A stretch of DNA of 64,000 nt, from assembly GCA_035549695.1 (NCBI GenBank), contig DASZQK010000003.1, positions 4,833 through 68,832 of the forward strand. Direction: 5' to 3'. The notes under the pieces are model-generated. The model searched no databases and had not been told where the DNA came from. It saw only the letters and a list, made by a program, of their open reading frames with translations. Shown here one piece after another: positions 53,550 through 63,299 of the stretch; the stretch's first letter is position 1; every line of letters starts with the position of its first letter. The DNA is from Caulobacterales bacterium. GTDB lineage: Bacteria > Pseudomonadota > Alphaproteobacteria > Caulobacterales > Aquidulcibacteraceae. The position numbers and the translations under genes are program-made.

Positions 53550-56500
53550 TTATTCGGCCGCGGCGGGCGCCGGGGCGTGAACATCGCCGCCGCGGCCAAA
53601 CAATCGGCGCACGAGCCGCTCAAGCCGATCGAACAGGACGAAGATCGCCGGGACGTAGACTAGGCTCAGCATCGTTGAAACGAACAGTCCGCCAATCACC
53701 GCGACGCCCATCCCTTGCCGAAGCGCGCCGTCGACGCTGAACCCCGAAGCCGCGGGCAGCATGCCCGCCGCCATCGCGAAGGTGGTCATGACGATCGGCC
53801 GGGCCCGCTTTTCGCCCGCCTCCATCAGCGCCTGATCGCGCGGCATGCCGCGATGCATTTGTTCGATGGCGAAGTCGACCAGAAGGATCGAGTTCTTGGT
53901 GACGATGCCCATCAGCATGATGATGCCGATCAACACGAACAGCGACAACGGCTGGTTGGCCACCAGCAGCGCCGCGAACACCCCGCCTAGCGCCAGCGGG
54001 AATGCAGTCATGATGGTGAGCGGCTGCACGAAGTCGCGGAACAGCAACACCAGCACGCCGTAGATGAGCAGAATCCCCCAGAGCAGGGCGGTGCCGAAGG
54101 AGGAGAACATGTCCACGGTCTGCTCGGTGTCGCCCGAGGTGACGAGTTGCACTCCGCCGCCGGGATTGGCTTCGGGGAGGTGAAACACCTTGTTCTGGGC
54201 GGCGCCGATATCGCCTCGGACGACGTTGGCCGAGACGGTGACCGAGCGCTGCCGGTCCCGGCGCTCCACGGAGGCCTCGCCAAGTCCGAATGAGACGTCG
54301 GCCACCGCGTCCAGCCGCACCGGCGCGCCCGTGGTGGATTGCACCGGCAGCGCGCGGATCACATCGAGGTTTCCGCGCTGATCTGTGCGAATGAGCACGC
54401 GGATGGGAATTTGTCGGTCGGTCAGATTGTAGCGCGGCAGATTCTGCTCGACGTCGCCGCTCGTGGCGATGCGCACGGCGGAAGCGAGGGTCGCTGAATT
54501 CACCCCGAGACGGGTCATGTCGTCGACGCGGGGATGGATTTGCAGTTCGGGCCGCTGCAGCGCGGCCGAGGAACGCACGTCCGCCAGCTCAGGCAATCGC
54601 TTCATGGCGGCGACCAGCCGGTCGCCGGCGGCGATCACTTGGTGCGGGTCCTGGCCGACGAATTGCACTGTGACGTCGGCGCCGCTCGATCCGCCCTGAT
54701 CATTGATGAACGACACGCGGTAATCGGGGAATTGGGCGAACACCGGCCGCAGCTCTTGCTGCACCTCGTACGAACTGCGCGAGCGCTCGTTTCGTTCGGC
54801 CAGCATGTAGAAGATTTGTCCGGTGCTGGCCGAGCCGTCCGTGCCGCTGATCGAAGTGAAGACGTTGCGGACCTCCGGCACGCTGCGCGAAGCGGCGGCG
54901 ATGCTCTGCAGCGCGCGGTCGGCGTCGACCAGGGGCGTGCCGGGCGGGATTTCGACATTGGTCTGCACGATGCCGTTATCGATGCGCGGGATGAACGTGA
55001 ACGGCACGAGCGGCGCCAGCGCGACCATCGAGAAGATAAAGAACACGATGCCTGCGATGGCCGTCCACGCGGGACGGCGGATCGAGAAGCCGAGCACCTT
55101 GTGATAAATGGCGCTGACGTCGCCGTGTTTTTCGACCTCACCCTTGTCTTTGAGGAAATAGGCGCACATGAGCGGCGTGATGAGGCGCGCGACGACAAGC
55201 GAAAAGAACGTCGCGATGGCGACCGTCAACCCGAATTCCTTGAACCATTGGCCGGTCTGGCTGCCCATGAACCCGACCGGCAGGAACACGGCGATGATGG
55301 AGGCGCTGGTGGCGACAACGGCGAGGCCGATCTCGTCGGCGGCCTCCATGGCCGCGTGATAAGGGTCCTTGCCCATGCGCATGTGGCGGACGATGTTTTC
55401 GATCTCGACGATGGCGTCGTCCACGAGCACGCCGGCGACGAGCGCGAGCGCGATCAGCGTCATCATGTTGAGCGTGAAGCCGAGCGCTTGGATCGCCATG
55501 AAGGTCGGGATCACCGCCAGCGGAATGGCGGCCGCGGCGATCAGCGTCGAACGCCAGTCGCGCAGGATCAGCAGCACGACAAGGCAGGCCAGCACGGCGC
55601 CTTCCCACAGCGCGTTGATCGAACTCTCGTGCATGCCCTTGATGAAATCCACCGGCGTGAACACGAGGCGGAAGTGCATGCCCGGATGGCTCTTCTCCAC
55701 CTCGTCGAGCTTCGCCTTCACATCGTCGAACACCTGGATTTCGCTTGCGCCCTTGGCCCGCTGGACCATGAACGAGACGACCGGCTGGCCGTCGAAGCGG
55801 GAAATTTCCGAGAGATCGCTGGACCCGTCCGTCACCGCGCCGAGATCGGCGAGACGCACGCTGCGTCCGTCGGCGGCGGTGATGCGCGTCTCGGCGAGCT
55901 GGGCGATGCTTTGCGCGCTGCCCAGCGTGCGGATCGACTGAGCCTGGCCGCCGACCTCGGCCTGGCCGCCCGGCATATCCGCATTCTGCGCGCGCAATTG
56001 CTGGCTGACGGAATCGGCCGATATGCCGTAGGCGGTGAGGCGCTCGGGATCGATCTCGACACGAACCTCCCGGTCGACGCCGCCCGTGCGGGTGATCTGG
56101 CTGACGCCGCGGACGGCCAGCAACTCGCGCGACAGATCGTTGTCGATGAACCACGAGCGTTCCTGGTCGCTCATGCCCTGAGCTTCGACGGCGTAATAGG
56201 CGATCGGCTGCGAGGAGAAATCGACGCGCGAAATCTGCGGCTCGGTGATGCCCGCGGGAAGATCGGGGCGGATGCGCGTCACGGCGTCGCGTGCGTCCTC
56301 CACGGCGCGCGAGAGATTGGCGCCGATCTGCAGCTCGACTTGCGTCTGCGAGACGCCGGGCGTCACCGTACTGGTCACGCGGTGGACGCCTTGCACGCCG
56401 GTCAGCGCCGATTCGACGCGCTGCGTGATCTGCGTTTCCATCTCCGCCGGCGCGGCGCCCGGCTCCGCCACGGTCACCACGAACATCGGCATTTCGATGT

Positions 56501-56621
56501 TCGGCAGCTGGTTCACGGGCAGGCTGAAATAGGCCATGAGACCGCCGAACACGAGTGCGGCGATCAGCACGATCGGCGGGATCGGATTGCGGATCGCGCC
56601 CGCGGAGATGTTCCAGGCCAT
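53550..56621 (-). CDS. RND efflux inner-membrane transporter (AcrB family)
   Basis: GVLVDDAIVEIEN, KNSILLVD, RARPIVMTT proton-relay motifs; 1023 aa. Confidence 0.96.
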   Translation of the reverse strand: MAWNISAGAIRNPIPPIVLIAALVFGGLMAYFSLPVNQLPNIEMPMFVVTVAEPGAAPAEMETQITQRVESALTGVQGVHRVTSTVTPGVSQTQVELQIGANLSRAVEDARDAVTRIRPDLPAGITEPQISRVDFSSQPIAYYAVEAQGMSDQERSWFIDNDLSRELLAVRGVSQITRTGGVDREVRVEIDPERLTAYGISADSVSQQLRAQNADMPGGQAEVGGQAQSIRTLGSAQSIAQLAETRITAADGRSVRLADLGAVTDGSSDLSEISRFDGQPVVSFMVQRAKGASEIQVFDDVKAKLDEVEKSHPGMHFRLVFTPVDFIKGMHESSINALWEGAVLACLVVLLILRDWRSTLIAAAAIPLAVIPTFMAIQALGFTLNMMTLIALALVAGVLVDDAIVEIENIVRHMRMGKDPYHAAMEAADEIGLAVVATSASIIAVFLPVGFMGSQTGQWFKEFGLTVAIATFFSLVVARLITPLMCAYFLKDKGEVEKHGDVSAIYHKVLGFSIRRPAWTAIAGIVFFIFSMVALAPLVPFTFIPRIDNGIVQTNVEIPPGTPLVDADRALQSIAAASRSVPEVRNVFTSISGTDGSASTGQIFYMLAERNERSRSSYEVQQELRPVFAQFPDYRVSFINDQGGSSGADVTVQFVGQDPHQVIAAGDRLVAAMKRLPELADVRSSAALQRPELQIHPRVDDMTRLGVNSATLASAVRIATSGDVEQNLPRYNLTDRQIPIRVLIRTDQRGNLDVIRALPVQSTTGAPVRLDAVADVSFGLGEASVERRDRQRSVTVSANVVRGDIGAAQNKVFHLPEANPGGGVQLVTSGDTEQTVDMFSSFGTALLWGILLIYGVLVLLFRDFVQPLTIMTAFPLALGGVFAALLVANQPLSLFVLIGIIMLMGIVTKNSILLVDFAIEQMHRGMPRDQALMEAGEKRARPIVMTTFAMAAGMLPAASGFSVDGALRQGMGVAVIGGLFVSTMLSLVYVPAIFVLFDRLERLVRRLFGRGGDVHAPAPAAAE

Positions 56622-56627
56622 CGATGG

Positions 56628-57860
56628 TTATCCGTTGCTGCGGCCGCGGAGATCGAGTGCGGCGCCGCCGCCGGCGCGTTCGATCGGGCGAACGCGGTCG
56701 CCGCTGCGCAGGAACGACGCGCCGGCGCCGACGATGCGATCCTCGGCCTTGAGACCGGAGACGATTTCGATCCAGTCCTGGTCGCGCTGGCCCAGGGTCA
56801 CCGCTGTCTTGATCGCCCGATTCTGGCCGTCGATCACGAACACGAACGGCTGCCCCGCTTCGTAAAGCACCGACGTCTGCGGCGCGGCGAGCACGCTGCG
56901 CGTCCCGAGCGGCAGTTCGCCGCTCAGATGCATGCCGGCGCGCACTTGCGTGCGCAGCGGCAACGCGAACAGCGCTTCGCCGGTGCGCGTGCGGCTGTCG
57001 ATCGAGGCCGGCTTGCGGCTCAGCGTGCCCTGGACGCGAGATCCGTCCACCAGCTGAAAGCTCGCGACTTGCCCATCCTGCAGCGCCAGCACATCGGCCT
57101 CGGCGATTTGCGCGGCGACCTCGAGGGCGTCGCCGCCGGCAATGCGGAACATCTCTTGTTGATCCACCATCGCCCCGAGTTCCACCGAACGCGAAATCAC
57201 CGTGCCGGCGATGGGCGCGCGCACATATCCGCCCTGCAGGCGGGCGTTGACCTCCGCGAGCTGCGCACGCGCCGCGGCGAGCTGTGCGTCGGCGGCGGCC
57301 GCCGCCGCGCGGCGTTGCTCGATGGCTTCGGTCGAAAGCGCGCCGGAATCGCGGATGGATTCAGCGCGCTCGTATTCGCTGCGTGCGCGGATTTGCGCTG
57401 CCTCGGCATTGGCCACGTTGGCTTGCGCGGCGCTGAGCTGCGCCGTGGAGAGGGCGGTGTCGAGCCGCGCCAAGGGCTGGCCGGCTCGCACGCGATCGCC
57501 CGCGTCGGCCAACAATTGCAGCACGCGTACGCCGGAGGCCGGCGCGAAGACGTGGATGTCACGCTGCGGCCGCGCTTCGCCGGTGATGCTGATGACGGGG
57601 TGGAATTCGTGCGCCGCGACGCGCACCGCCGACACGGCGAGCGCGGAATCGACCGGCGGCGCCTTGGCGCCGGGCCGCGGCCAGTGGGAAATCGCGTAGA
57701 TCACGGCGATGACGCCCACGCCCACGATCACGGCGTTGCGGATGAGCCTGCGCTGCCGTTTTGCGCCGTCGGCGTCTTCGGGCTTCTGATCGAGCGGATT
57801 GGGCGCGGGCTGCGCCTCGCCGCGCTGAAACAAGCGCTTGATGAAAAGTTCCGGCTTCAT
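56628..57860 (-). CDS. RND efflux periplasmic adaptor
   Basis: N-terminal TM, GDRVRAGQPLA, helical hairpin, VRAPIAG, IDSRTRT, G.R....IEIVSGL. Confidence 0.92.
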   Translation of the reverse strand: MKPELFIKRLFQRGEAQPAPNPLDQKPEDADGAKRQRRLIRNAVIVGVGVIAVIYAISHWPRPGAKAPPVDSALAVSAVRVAAHEFHPVISITGEARPQRDIHVFAPASGVRVLQLLADAGDRVRAGQPLARLDTALSTAQLSAAQANVANAEAAQIRARSEYERAESIRDSGALSTEAIEQRRAAAAAADAQLAAARAQLAEVNARLQGGYVRAPIAGTVISRSVELGAMVDQQEMFRIAGGDALEVAAQIAEADVLALQDGQVASFQLVDGSRVQGTLSRKPASIDSRTRTGEALFALPLRTQVRAGMHLSGELPLGTRSVLAAPQTSVLYEAGQPFVFVIDGQNRAIKTAVTLGQRDQDWIEIVSGLKAEDRIVGAGASFLRSGDRVRPIERAGGGAALDLRGRSNG

Positions 57861-58453
57861 CCGCCCAACCCCAAATACCGCAACGCGAATTCACGAAAAC
57901 GTTCGACTGACACATCGACATCCAATTCGCCCAGCATGGCGCTGCGCAGGCCAATTCCTGTCATCGTCGAAAACAGGACATGCGCGGCCTCGATCGGGTC
58001 GAGGCTCGGATCGGCCTCGCCACGTCCTTGCGCGGCGCGAATGGCCTCGGAACAGAGCGTCACGCTCAACGCGTCGGCGCGAGACAAGGTTCGGCTGAGA
58101 AGCGGATCGCGCGCCGCTTCCGCGAACAGGTCGGCCACCAGCGCGCCATCCGCCGCGGCATGGCCGAAGAAGCCGCGCGCCATGGCGCAAAGGGCCTGAT
58201 CCAGACCTTCAGCGGTCTCGGTCTGGCTGAGCATCGCGTTGAAGGCGCGGCACTCGTCCTCGCCGATGGCGGCGATGATGTCGGCCTTGGAGTCGAAATA
58301 ACGGTAGAGCGCCCCTGGGCTGAGCCCGGCCTCGGCGCAGATTTCCTGCATCGTCGCCTGATGGAAGCCGCGGCGGCGAAAGCAGCTCATGGCCGCCTCC
58401 AGGATCTGCCGCCGGCGGCGCTCCGCCAGGAGGGGGTCGGCCAGACGGGCCAT
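57857..58453 (-). CDS. TetR/AcrR family regulator
   Basis: RRRQILEAAMSCFRRRGFHQATMQEICAEAGLSPGALYRYFDSK. Confidence 0.94.
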   Translation of the reverse strand: MARLADPLLAERRRRQILEAAMSCFRRRGFHQATMQEICAEAGLSPGALYRYFDSKADIIAAIGEDECRAFNAMLSQTETAEGLDQALCAMARGFFGHAAADGALVADLFAEAARDPLLSRTLSRADALSVTLCSEAIRAAQGRGEADPSLDPIEAAHVLFSTMTGIGLRSAMLGELDVDVSVERFREFALRYLGLGG

Positions 58454-58496
58454 TCCGTATCCTTGCCTTGAACGAACTTGGGTGCGCTGCATATAA

Positions 58497-58510
58497 AGCG
58501 AGCGTTCGTT
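58497..58510. promoter_or_regulatory. Probable TetR operator in the divergent tetR/tolC region
   Basis: Imperfect palindrome AGCGAGCGTTCGTT; related half-site AACGAAC at 58471..58477. Confidence 0.45.
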
Positions 58511-58638
58511 CTACAAATGTTAAACGGGCCGGCTTACGTCAAGCCCCGGAAGCCTGGAGAACGACGCGGCTTAACCCTTTGTGAGGTCGGATGTTTGGTC
58601 AGCGCGGTTGGATGAGGGGACAGGGACCGGCCGGAGCC

Positions 58639-60036
58639 ATGGCGGCGCTCGCGCTTGTGTGCGCCTGCTCAACGATGCCAGCCGAGCGCGCCGAAGCGCC
58701 GCCGCTGCCCTCCGCCTGGCGCGACGCGCCGACGGGCGCGGACCTTCCGGTCACCGATTGGTGGACCCAGTTCGATGATCCTTTGCTGGATCGGCTGGAA
58801 GCCGAGGCGCTGAGCAGCGGCCCCGATGTCCAACTCGCCATTTCGCGATTGCGCCAGGCGCGGGCGCAGTCGCGGACGACCGTCACGCAGTATCTTCCGC
58901 AGCTCACCCTGACCGGCCAGGGCCAATACACGCGCGCGCTCGACGACGCCTCGCTGCCGATGGCGGGCGGGGGGTCGGAGACCGTGCAGATGGTCGGCGC
59001 CTGGGGTCCGCAGGTGACGTGGGAAGTGCCGCTGTTCGGGCGCATCGAGGCGGCGGCCGCGGGGGCGCGCGCCAACAATCGCAGCGCGCTTGCCGATCTG
59101 CGCGCGGCGCGCGTCGCCGTCGCGGCGGATGTGGCCCAAGCCTATGTCGATCTCCGCGCCGCCCGTGCGAGCTATGCGGCGCTGACCCAATCCGTCGACA
59201 GCGCGGACCAATTGGCCCGCATTCTCGAAACCGGCGCTGACGCGGGCCTCACCGCGCCCGCCGACGCCGCCAATGCGCGCCGCCTCGCCGAAACGGCGCG
59301 CGCGCGCTTGCCTGGCCTTGAGATCGAAGCGCGCCGCGCGGAAAACGTGCTGGCGGTGTTGCGCGGGCTTTCGCCCGGAACCGAGCCGGAAGACGTGGCG
59401 CAGGCGTTCGCGGCGACCACCGACAACGTGCCCTCTCTGCCCTTGCGCCAAGCGCCCGCGGCGCCCGCCGACCTCTTGCGCCTTCGTCCCGATGTGGCGC
59501 GCGCGGAGGCGCAGGCGCTGCTGGCGGCGGCGGCGCTTGGCTCGGCGCGTTCGGATCTGTTTCCGCAGCTCAATCTCACCGGCACATTGTCGGCGACCAG
59601 CAATCTGGTCGGGTCGGCGCTGCCGGCGGGGGAGGGCCGTCAGGTGACGGCGACACCTTTCATTTCCCTTCCGCTGTTCGATTGGGGTCAGCGCTTTGCC
59701 CAAGTCGGCGTCCGTCACGAACAATTCGCGCAATCGCTCATCCTCTACAAGCAGACGGTGACGCAGGCCGTCGCCGAAGCCTCGAACGCACTCATCTCAT
59801 TGAGCGGCGGGGAGCGGCGCCTTGAGGCTTCGCGCGCGGCCGAGACCGCGGCGCAAGCCAGCGACCGCGGCTCGCGCGCGTCCTACGAGGCGGGCATTCA
59901 AAGCCTCGCCGACCGCCTGCAGGTCCAGCAGCAACTGATCGACGCGACGCTGTCGCGCATCGATGCGGAGCATCAGCAGGCCAGCGCCGCCATCGCCGTC
60001 TATCGCGCCTTCGGCGGCGGACCCGCGCTGAACTAG
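58639..60036 (+). CDS. TolC/NodT-family outer-membrane efflux lipoprotein
   Basis: Lipobox VCAC; WWTQFDDPLL, WEVPLFG, LLRLRPDVARAE, PLFDWG, VYRAFGGG. Confidence 0.93.
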   Translation: MAALALVCACSTMPAERAEAPPLPSAWRDAPTGADLPVTDWWTQFDDPLLDRLEAEALSSGPDVQLAISRLRQARAQSRTTVTQYLPQLTLTGQGQYTRALDDASLPMAGGGSETVQMVGAWGPQVTWEVPLFGRIEAAAAGARANNRSALADLRAARVAVAADVAQAYVDLRAARASYAALTQSVDSADQLARILETGADAGLTAPADAANARRLAETARARLPGLEIEARRAENVLAVLRGLSPGTEPEDVAQAFAATTDNVPSLPLRQAPAAPADLLRLRPDVARAEAQALLAAAALGSARSDLFPQLNLTGTLSATSNLVGSALPAGEGRQVTATPFISLPLFDWGQRFAQVGVRHEQFAQSLILYKQTVTQAVAEASNALISLSGGERRLEASRAAETAAQASDRGSRASYEAGIQSLADRLQVQQQLIDATLSRIDAEHQQASAAIAVYRAFGGGPALN

Positions 60037-60049
60037 CGCGCGCTGCGGT

Positions 60050-60883
60050 TCACGCGCGGTCGAGCAGGCGCCGCGTCGCCGCATAGCTCGCCGTCGCCGA
60101 GGCGATCGGATCGGGCGCGTCGTCGCGTTCGACGAAATAGTGCTCGAAAGGCACGCGCGCGAAAATCTCCGCGAAATCGATCGTACCCGCGCCGACATCG
60201 GCCATGTTGCCGGCGGTATCCATGTCCTTCACGTGGCACATCGTGATGCGGTCGCGATGCGCCTCAAGGAACGGCAGCGGATCGACCCCGCCCTTCTTCA
60301 CCCAATAGAGGTCGGCCTCGAAATGCACGAGGCTCGGCTCCGTGCGTTCAAGCAGCACGTCGTACGGCGTCTGACCCTCGATGGGATGAAACTCGAAATC
60401 GTGGTTGTGATAAGCAAGGCGGACGCCATAGGCCCGCGCCTGCTCGCCGAAGCGATTGCAGACGTCGGCCCAAGCGCGGAACTGATCGAGCGTGCGCTCC
60501 TCCGGAGGCAGCCATGGAAACACGATCCATTGGTGGCCGATCGTCGCCGCGGCTTCGAGCGTCGGCAGGGCGTGGTCGCGCAAGAGATCCCGCGCCACGT
60601 GCGCGCTGGGCGCGGAAAGGCCGATGTCGGCCAGCATCTGTTTCACCTGCTGCGGGGATCGGTTGAAATAGCCGGCGAACTCCACTTCGTCGTATCCGAT
60701 TTCGCGGATGCGTCTCAGCGTGCCCGGCATGTCCTCCTGCATTTGCGCGCGCACCGTATAGAGCTGAATGCCCACTTTGCGATCCGGTCGCGCCGCGGAA
60801 GTCTCTTGCGCGCATGCCCCGGCGAGCGCGAACGCGCCGCCGCCGGCAAGCAACGATCGGCGCGAGGGCGATGTGAATTTCAT
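60050..60883 (-). CDS. Tat-exported sugar phosphate isomerase/epimerase (xylose-isomerase-like TIM barrel)
   Basis: Tat leader SRRSLLAGG; GIQLYTVR, EVEFAG, YHNHDFEF, EADLYW, HVKD, VERD; TGATG-coupled to the GMC gene. Confidence 0.88.
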   Translation of the reverse strand: MKFTSPSRRSLLAGGGAFALAGACAQETSAARPDRKVGIQLYTVRAQMQEDMPGTLRRIREIGYDEVEFAGYFNRSPQQVKQMLADIGLSAPSAHVARDLLRDHALPTLEAAATIGHQWIVFPWLPPEERTLDQFRAWADVCNRFGEQARAYGVRLAYHNHDFEFHPIEGQTPYDVLLERTEPSLVHFEADLYWVKKGGVDPLPFLEAHRDRITMCHVKDMDTAGNMADVGAGTIDFAEIFARVPFEHYFVERDDAPDPIASATASYAATRRLLDRA

Positions 60884-62580
60884 CAGAGCGCTCCTTGTTG
60901 CATGAGGTCGGCCGCATGGTTCGCCGCGCGCGCGGAGAACATCATGTAGCTCAGAGACGGGTTTTGACACGCGCCCGAAGCCATGCACGCGCCGTCGGTG
61001 ACGAACAGGTTGGGCACGTCGTGCGCCTGGTTCCATCCGTTCAAGACCGAGGTCGCGGGATCGCGGCCCATGCGCGCGGTGCCTGCTTCGTGAATGCCGA
61101 AACCGGGACCGGCGGGGCCTTCGGCGCGGCCGATCCTGATGTCGGTGCAGCCCATCGCCTTCAGCATCTCTTCGGCGTCGTCGTAAGCCTGCGCGATCAG
61201 CTTGTGGTCGTTGTCGCCGTAGGTGCAGTCGATCACGAGCAGGGGAATGCCCCACTTGTCCTTGCGTGTGCGGTGCAGCGTGACGCGATTGTCCGGCCGA
61301 GGCAGCATTTCGGCGAAACCGCCCATGCTGAGCGTCCATTTGCCGGGCGTGCGCAAGCGCGTCTTGAGTTCTTCGCCGACGCCGGGCTGCCAGCCGCCGC
61401 GCGCCCAGTCTTCGCGCGATGCGCCGCCTTGGAAGCCGAAGCCGCGCACGAACGGACCGCCTTGTTCGTTGTTGAGATTGCGATAGCGCGGAATGTAGAA
61501 GCCGGCGGGGCGCCGCCCGGCATAGTAGCGGTCCTCAAATCCTTGAACCGTCCCCGAGGCGCGGATGCCGCTGATGTGATCCATCAGATTGCGCCCCACC
61601 TGATCGCTGCGGTTGGCGATGCCGGTCGGGAAATGCTCGGATTGGGAATTGAGCAGAATTTGCGCCGTGCCGATGGCCGAGGCGCACAGGAACACGATCC
61701 GCGCCGTGTAGGTGCGGCCTTGCTTCGTGTTGGCGTCGATGACGCGCACGCCGATGGCGCGACCTGTCGCCGGATCGTGCAAAACGCTGTGGCCGATCGC
61801 ATCGGTGACGATGGTGAGGTTGCCGGTGCGCTCCGCCGCCGGCAGCGTCGCCGACAGCGCCGAGAAATAGGCCCCGAACGAGCAGCCGCGATAGCAAAAA
61901 TCACGGTACTGGCATTGGCCTCGGCCAAGCGCATCCTGCTCTTCCGTCGGCTGCGTCAAGTGCGCGACGCGTCCCATAATCAGCTTGCGCCCGGGAAAGC
62001 GCATTTCGATGTTTTGCTTGAACGCCTTCTCGACGACGTTGAGCTCCATTGCCGGCAGGAATTCGCCGTCGGGCAGGTTGGGGATGCCTTCGCGGGATCC
62101 CGAAATGCCGGCGAAGCGCTCGACATGATCGTACCACGGCTTGGTGTCGGCGTAGCGCACTGGCCAGTCGACGCCGTGCCCATCGCGCAGATTGGCTTCG
62201 TAGTCGAGATCGCTCCAGCGATAGGAGTGCCGCGCCCAGAGCAGCGACCGCCCGCCCAGATGATAGCCGCGCAGCCAATGGAACGGACGGCCTTCCGGCG
62301 TGATGTAGGGGTGATCGCTGTCCTTTACCCAGAAGCGCTTGTTCGCGGTGGTGAAGGCGTAACATTCCTTCTGAATGGGATAATCGCGCGCGAGTTCGTC
62401 CTCCGGCATCTTGCCGAAATTCTCAAGCTCCCAGGGTTCCTTGTAGTCGAGATAGTCCTCGCCGTGCGTCACGTGCGCGCCGCGCTCGATGACGAGCGTC
62501 TTGAGGCCGCGCTCGCACAATTCCTTCGCCGCCCAGCCTCCGCTCATGCCGGAGCCGACGACGATTGCATCGAAATCCAT
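60883..62580 (-). CDS. GMC-family FAD oxidoreductase (glycoside 3-dehydrogenase / LacA-like)
   Basis: [71 protein letters not shown]. Confidence 0.93.
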   Translation of the reverse strand: MDFDAIVVGSGMSGGWAAKELCERGLKTLVIERGAHVTHGEDYLDYKEPWELENFGKMPEDELARDYPIQKECYAFTTANKRFWVKDSDHPYITPEGRPFHWLRGYHLGGRSLLWARHSYRWSDLDYEANLRDGHGVDWPVRYADTKPWYDHVERFAGISGSREGIPNLPDGEFLPAMELNVVEKAFKQNIEMRFPGRKLIMGRVAHLTQPTEEQDALGRGQCQYRDFCYRGCSFGAYFSALSATLPAAERTGNLTIVTDAIGHSVLHDPATGRAIGVRVIDANTKQGRTYTARIVFLCASAIGTAQILLNSQSEHFPTGIANRSDQVGRNLMDHISGIRASGTVQGFEDRYYAGRRPAGFYIPRYRNLNNEQGGPFVRGFGFQGGASREDWARGGWQPGVGEELKTRLRTPGKWTLSMGGFAEMLPRPDNRVTLHRTRKDKWGIPLLVIDCTYGDNDHKLIAQAYDDAEEMLKAMGCTDIRIGRAEGPAGPGFGIHEAGTARMGRDPATSVLNGWNQAHDVPNLFVTDGACMASGACQNPSLSYMMFSARAANHAADLMQQGAL

Positions 62581-62592
62581 CGTCCGTCTCCT

Positions 62593-63144
62593 TCAAGCCC
62601 AGGTGCGGCCGATTGAGGAAAGCGGCGCATCCGCGATCCAATGGCCGGGCACGAGTTCGTAGTGCAGCTCCTGCGTAGCGCCGATCTGGGAGTGGTAATA
62701 GCCAAGCAGCAGCAGGTTCTTGAACGGGCGATAATTCTGGCCCGGGCCCAACATCTGGTCGCGATCATACGCCGTGACGACATCGATCTGCTGCTGCGGC
62801 GTCAGCGCGAGAAAATCCGTCTTGCCCACGGAGTGCGCCCTGGCTTCGACTTCATCGAGCACGCTGACGAACCGCCTGCGCGTCTCGCGCGAGGCCCAGT
62901 GCGTCATCATCGCATCGATGAATGCGGGAACGCCCGCCCCGAGCGCGCCGGGCGTGTCGGTGGCGGGAATGATGATGTCGCAAATCCGGTCGAGCTTGGC
63001 GCGCTGGTTGGCGGAGAAAAACTGCGCGTGCGCGAAATCGCAGCCTTCCAGGCCCGCCAAAGCCGCTGCTCCGCCCACGAGAATGATTGCGCGCTGCAGC
63101 AGTGCGCGCCGGTGAAGCTCCCGGCTTTCGCCTGGATCGGGCAT
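62593..63144 (-). CDS. Gluconate 2-dehydrogenase subunit 3 family protein (Tat escort subunit)
   Basis: HRRALL Tat-like leader; IIPATDTPGA..AGVPAFID, LGYYHSQIGA. Confidence 0.88.
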   Translation of the reverse strand: MPDPGESRELHRRALLQRAIILVGGAAALAGLEGCDFAHAQFFSANQRAKLDRICDIIIPATDTPGALGAGVPAFIDAMMTHWASRETRRRFVSVLDEVEARAHSVGKTDFLALTPQQQIDVVTAYDRDQMLGPGQNYRPFKNLLLLGYYHSQIGATQELHYELVPGHWIADAPLSSIGRTWA

Positions 63145-63223
63145 GAATTGCTCTCCCCATCGTGCGCGCAGGTGCGTGGCCCGCGCTTGTCCGATGGGGG
63201 ATTGTCCAGCGAGATGCGCCGAT

Positions 63224-63239
63224 TGTCTAGCGCTAGACA
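63224..63239. promoter_or_regulatory. LacI-type operator upstream of the GMC operon
   Basis: Perfect palindrome TGTCTAGCGCTAGACA with central CG; partial copy GATTGTCCAGCG at 63200..63211. Confidence 0.75.
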
Positions 63240-63249
63240 TGAGTCCGCG

Positions 63250-63265
63250 TCGCCGCATGCGGCGA
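63250..63265 (-). terminator. Possible hairpin downstream of ctrA
   Basis: Perfect inverted repeat TCGCCGCATGCGGCGA 35 nt after the ctrA stop; no clear U tract. Confidence 0.3.
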
Positions 63266-63299
63266 GGCCGGCCTCAAGTTCTCGTGACGAGGCGCCTGT

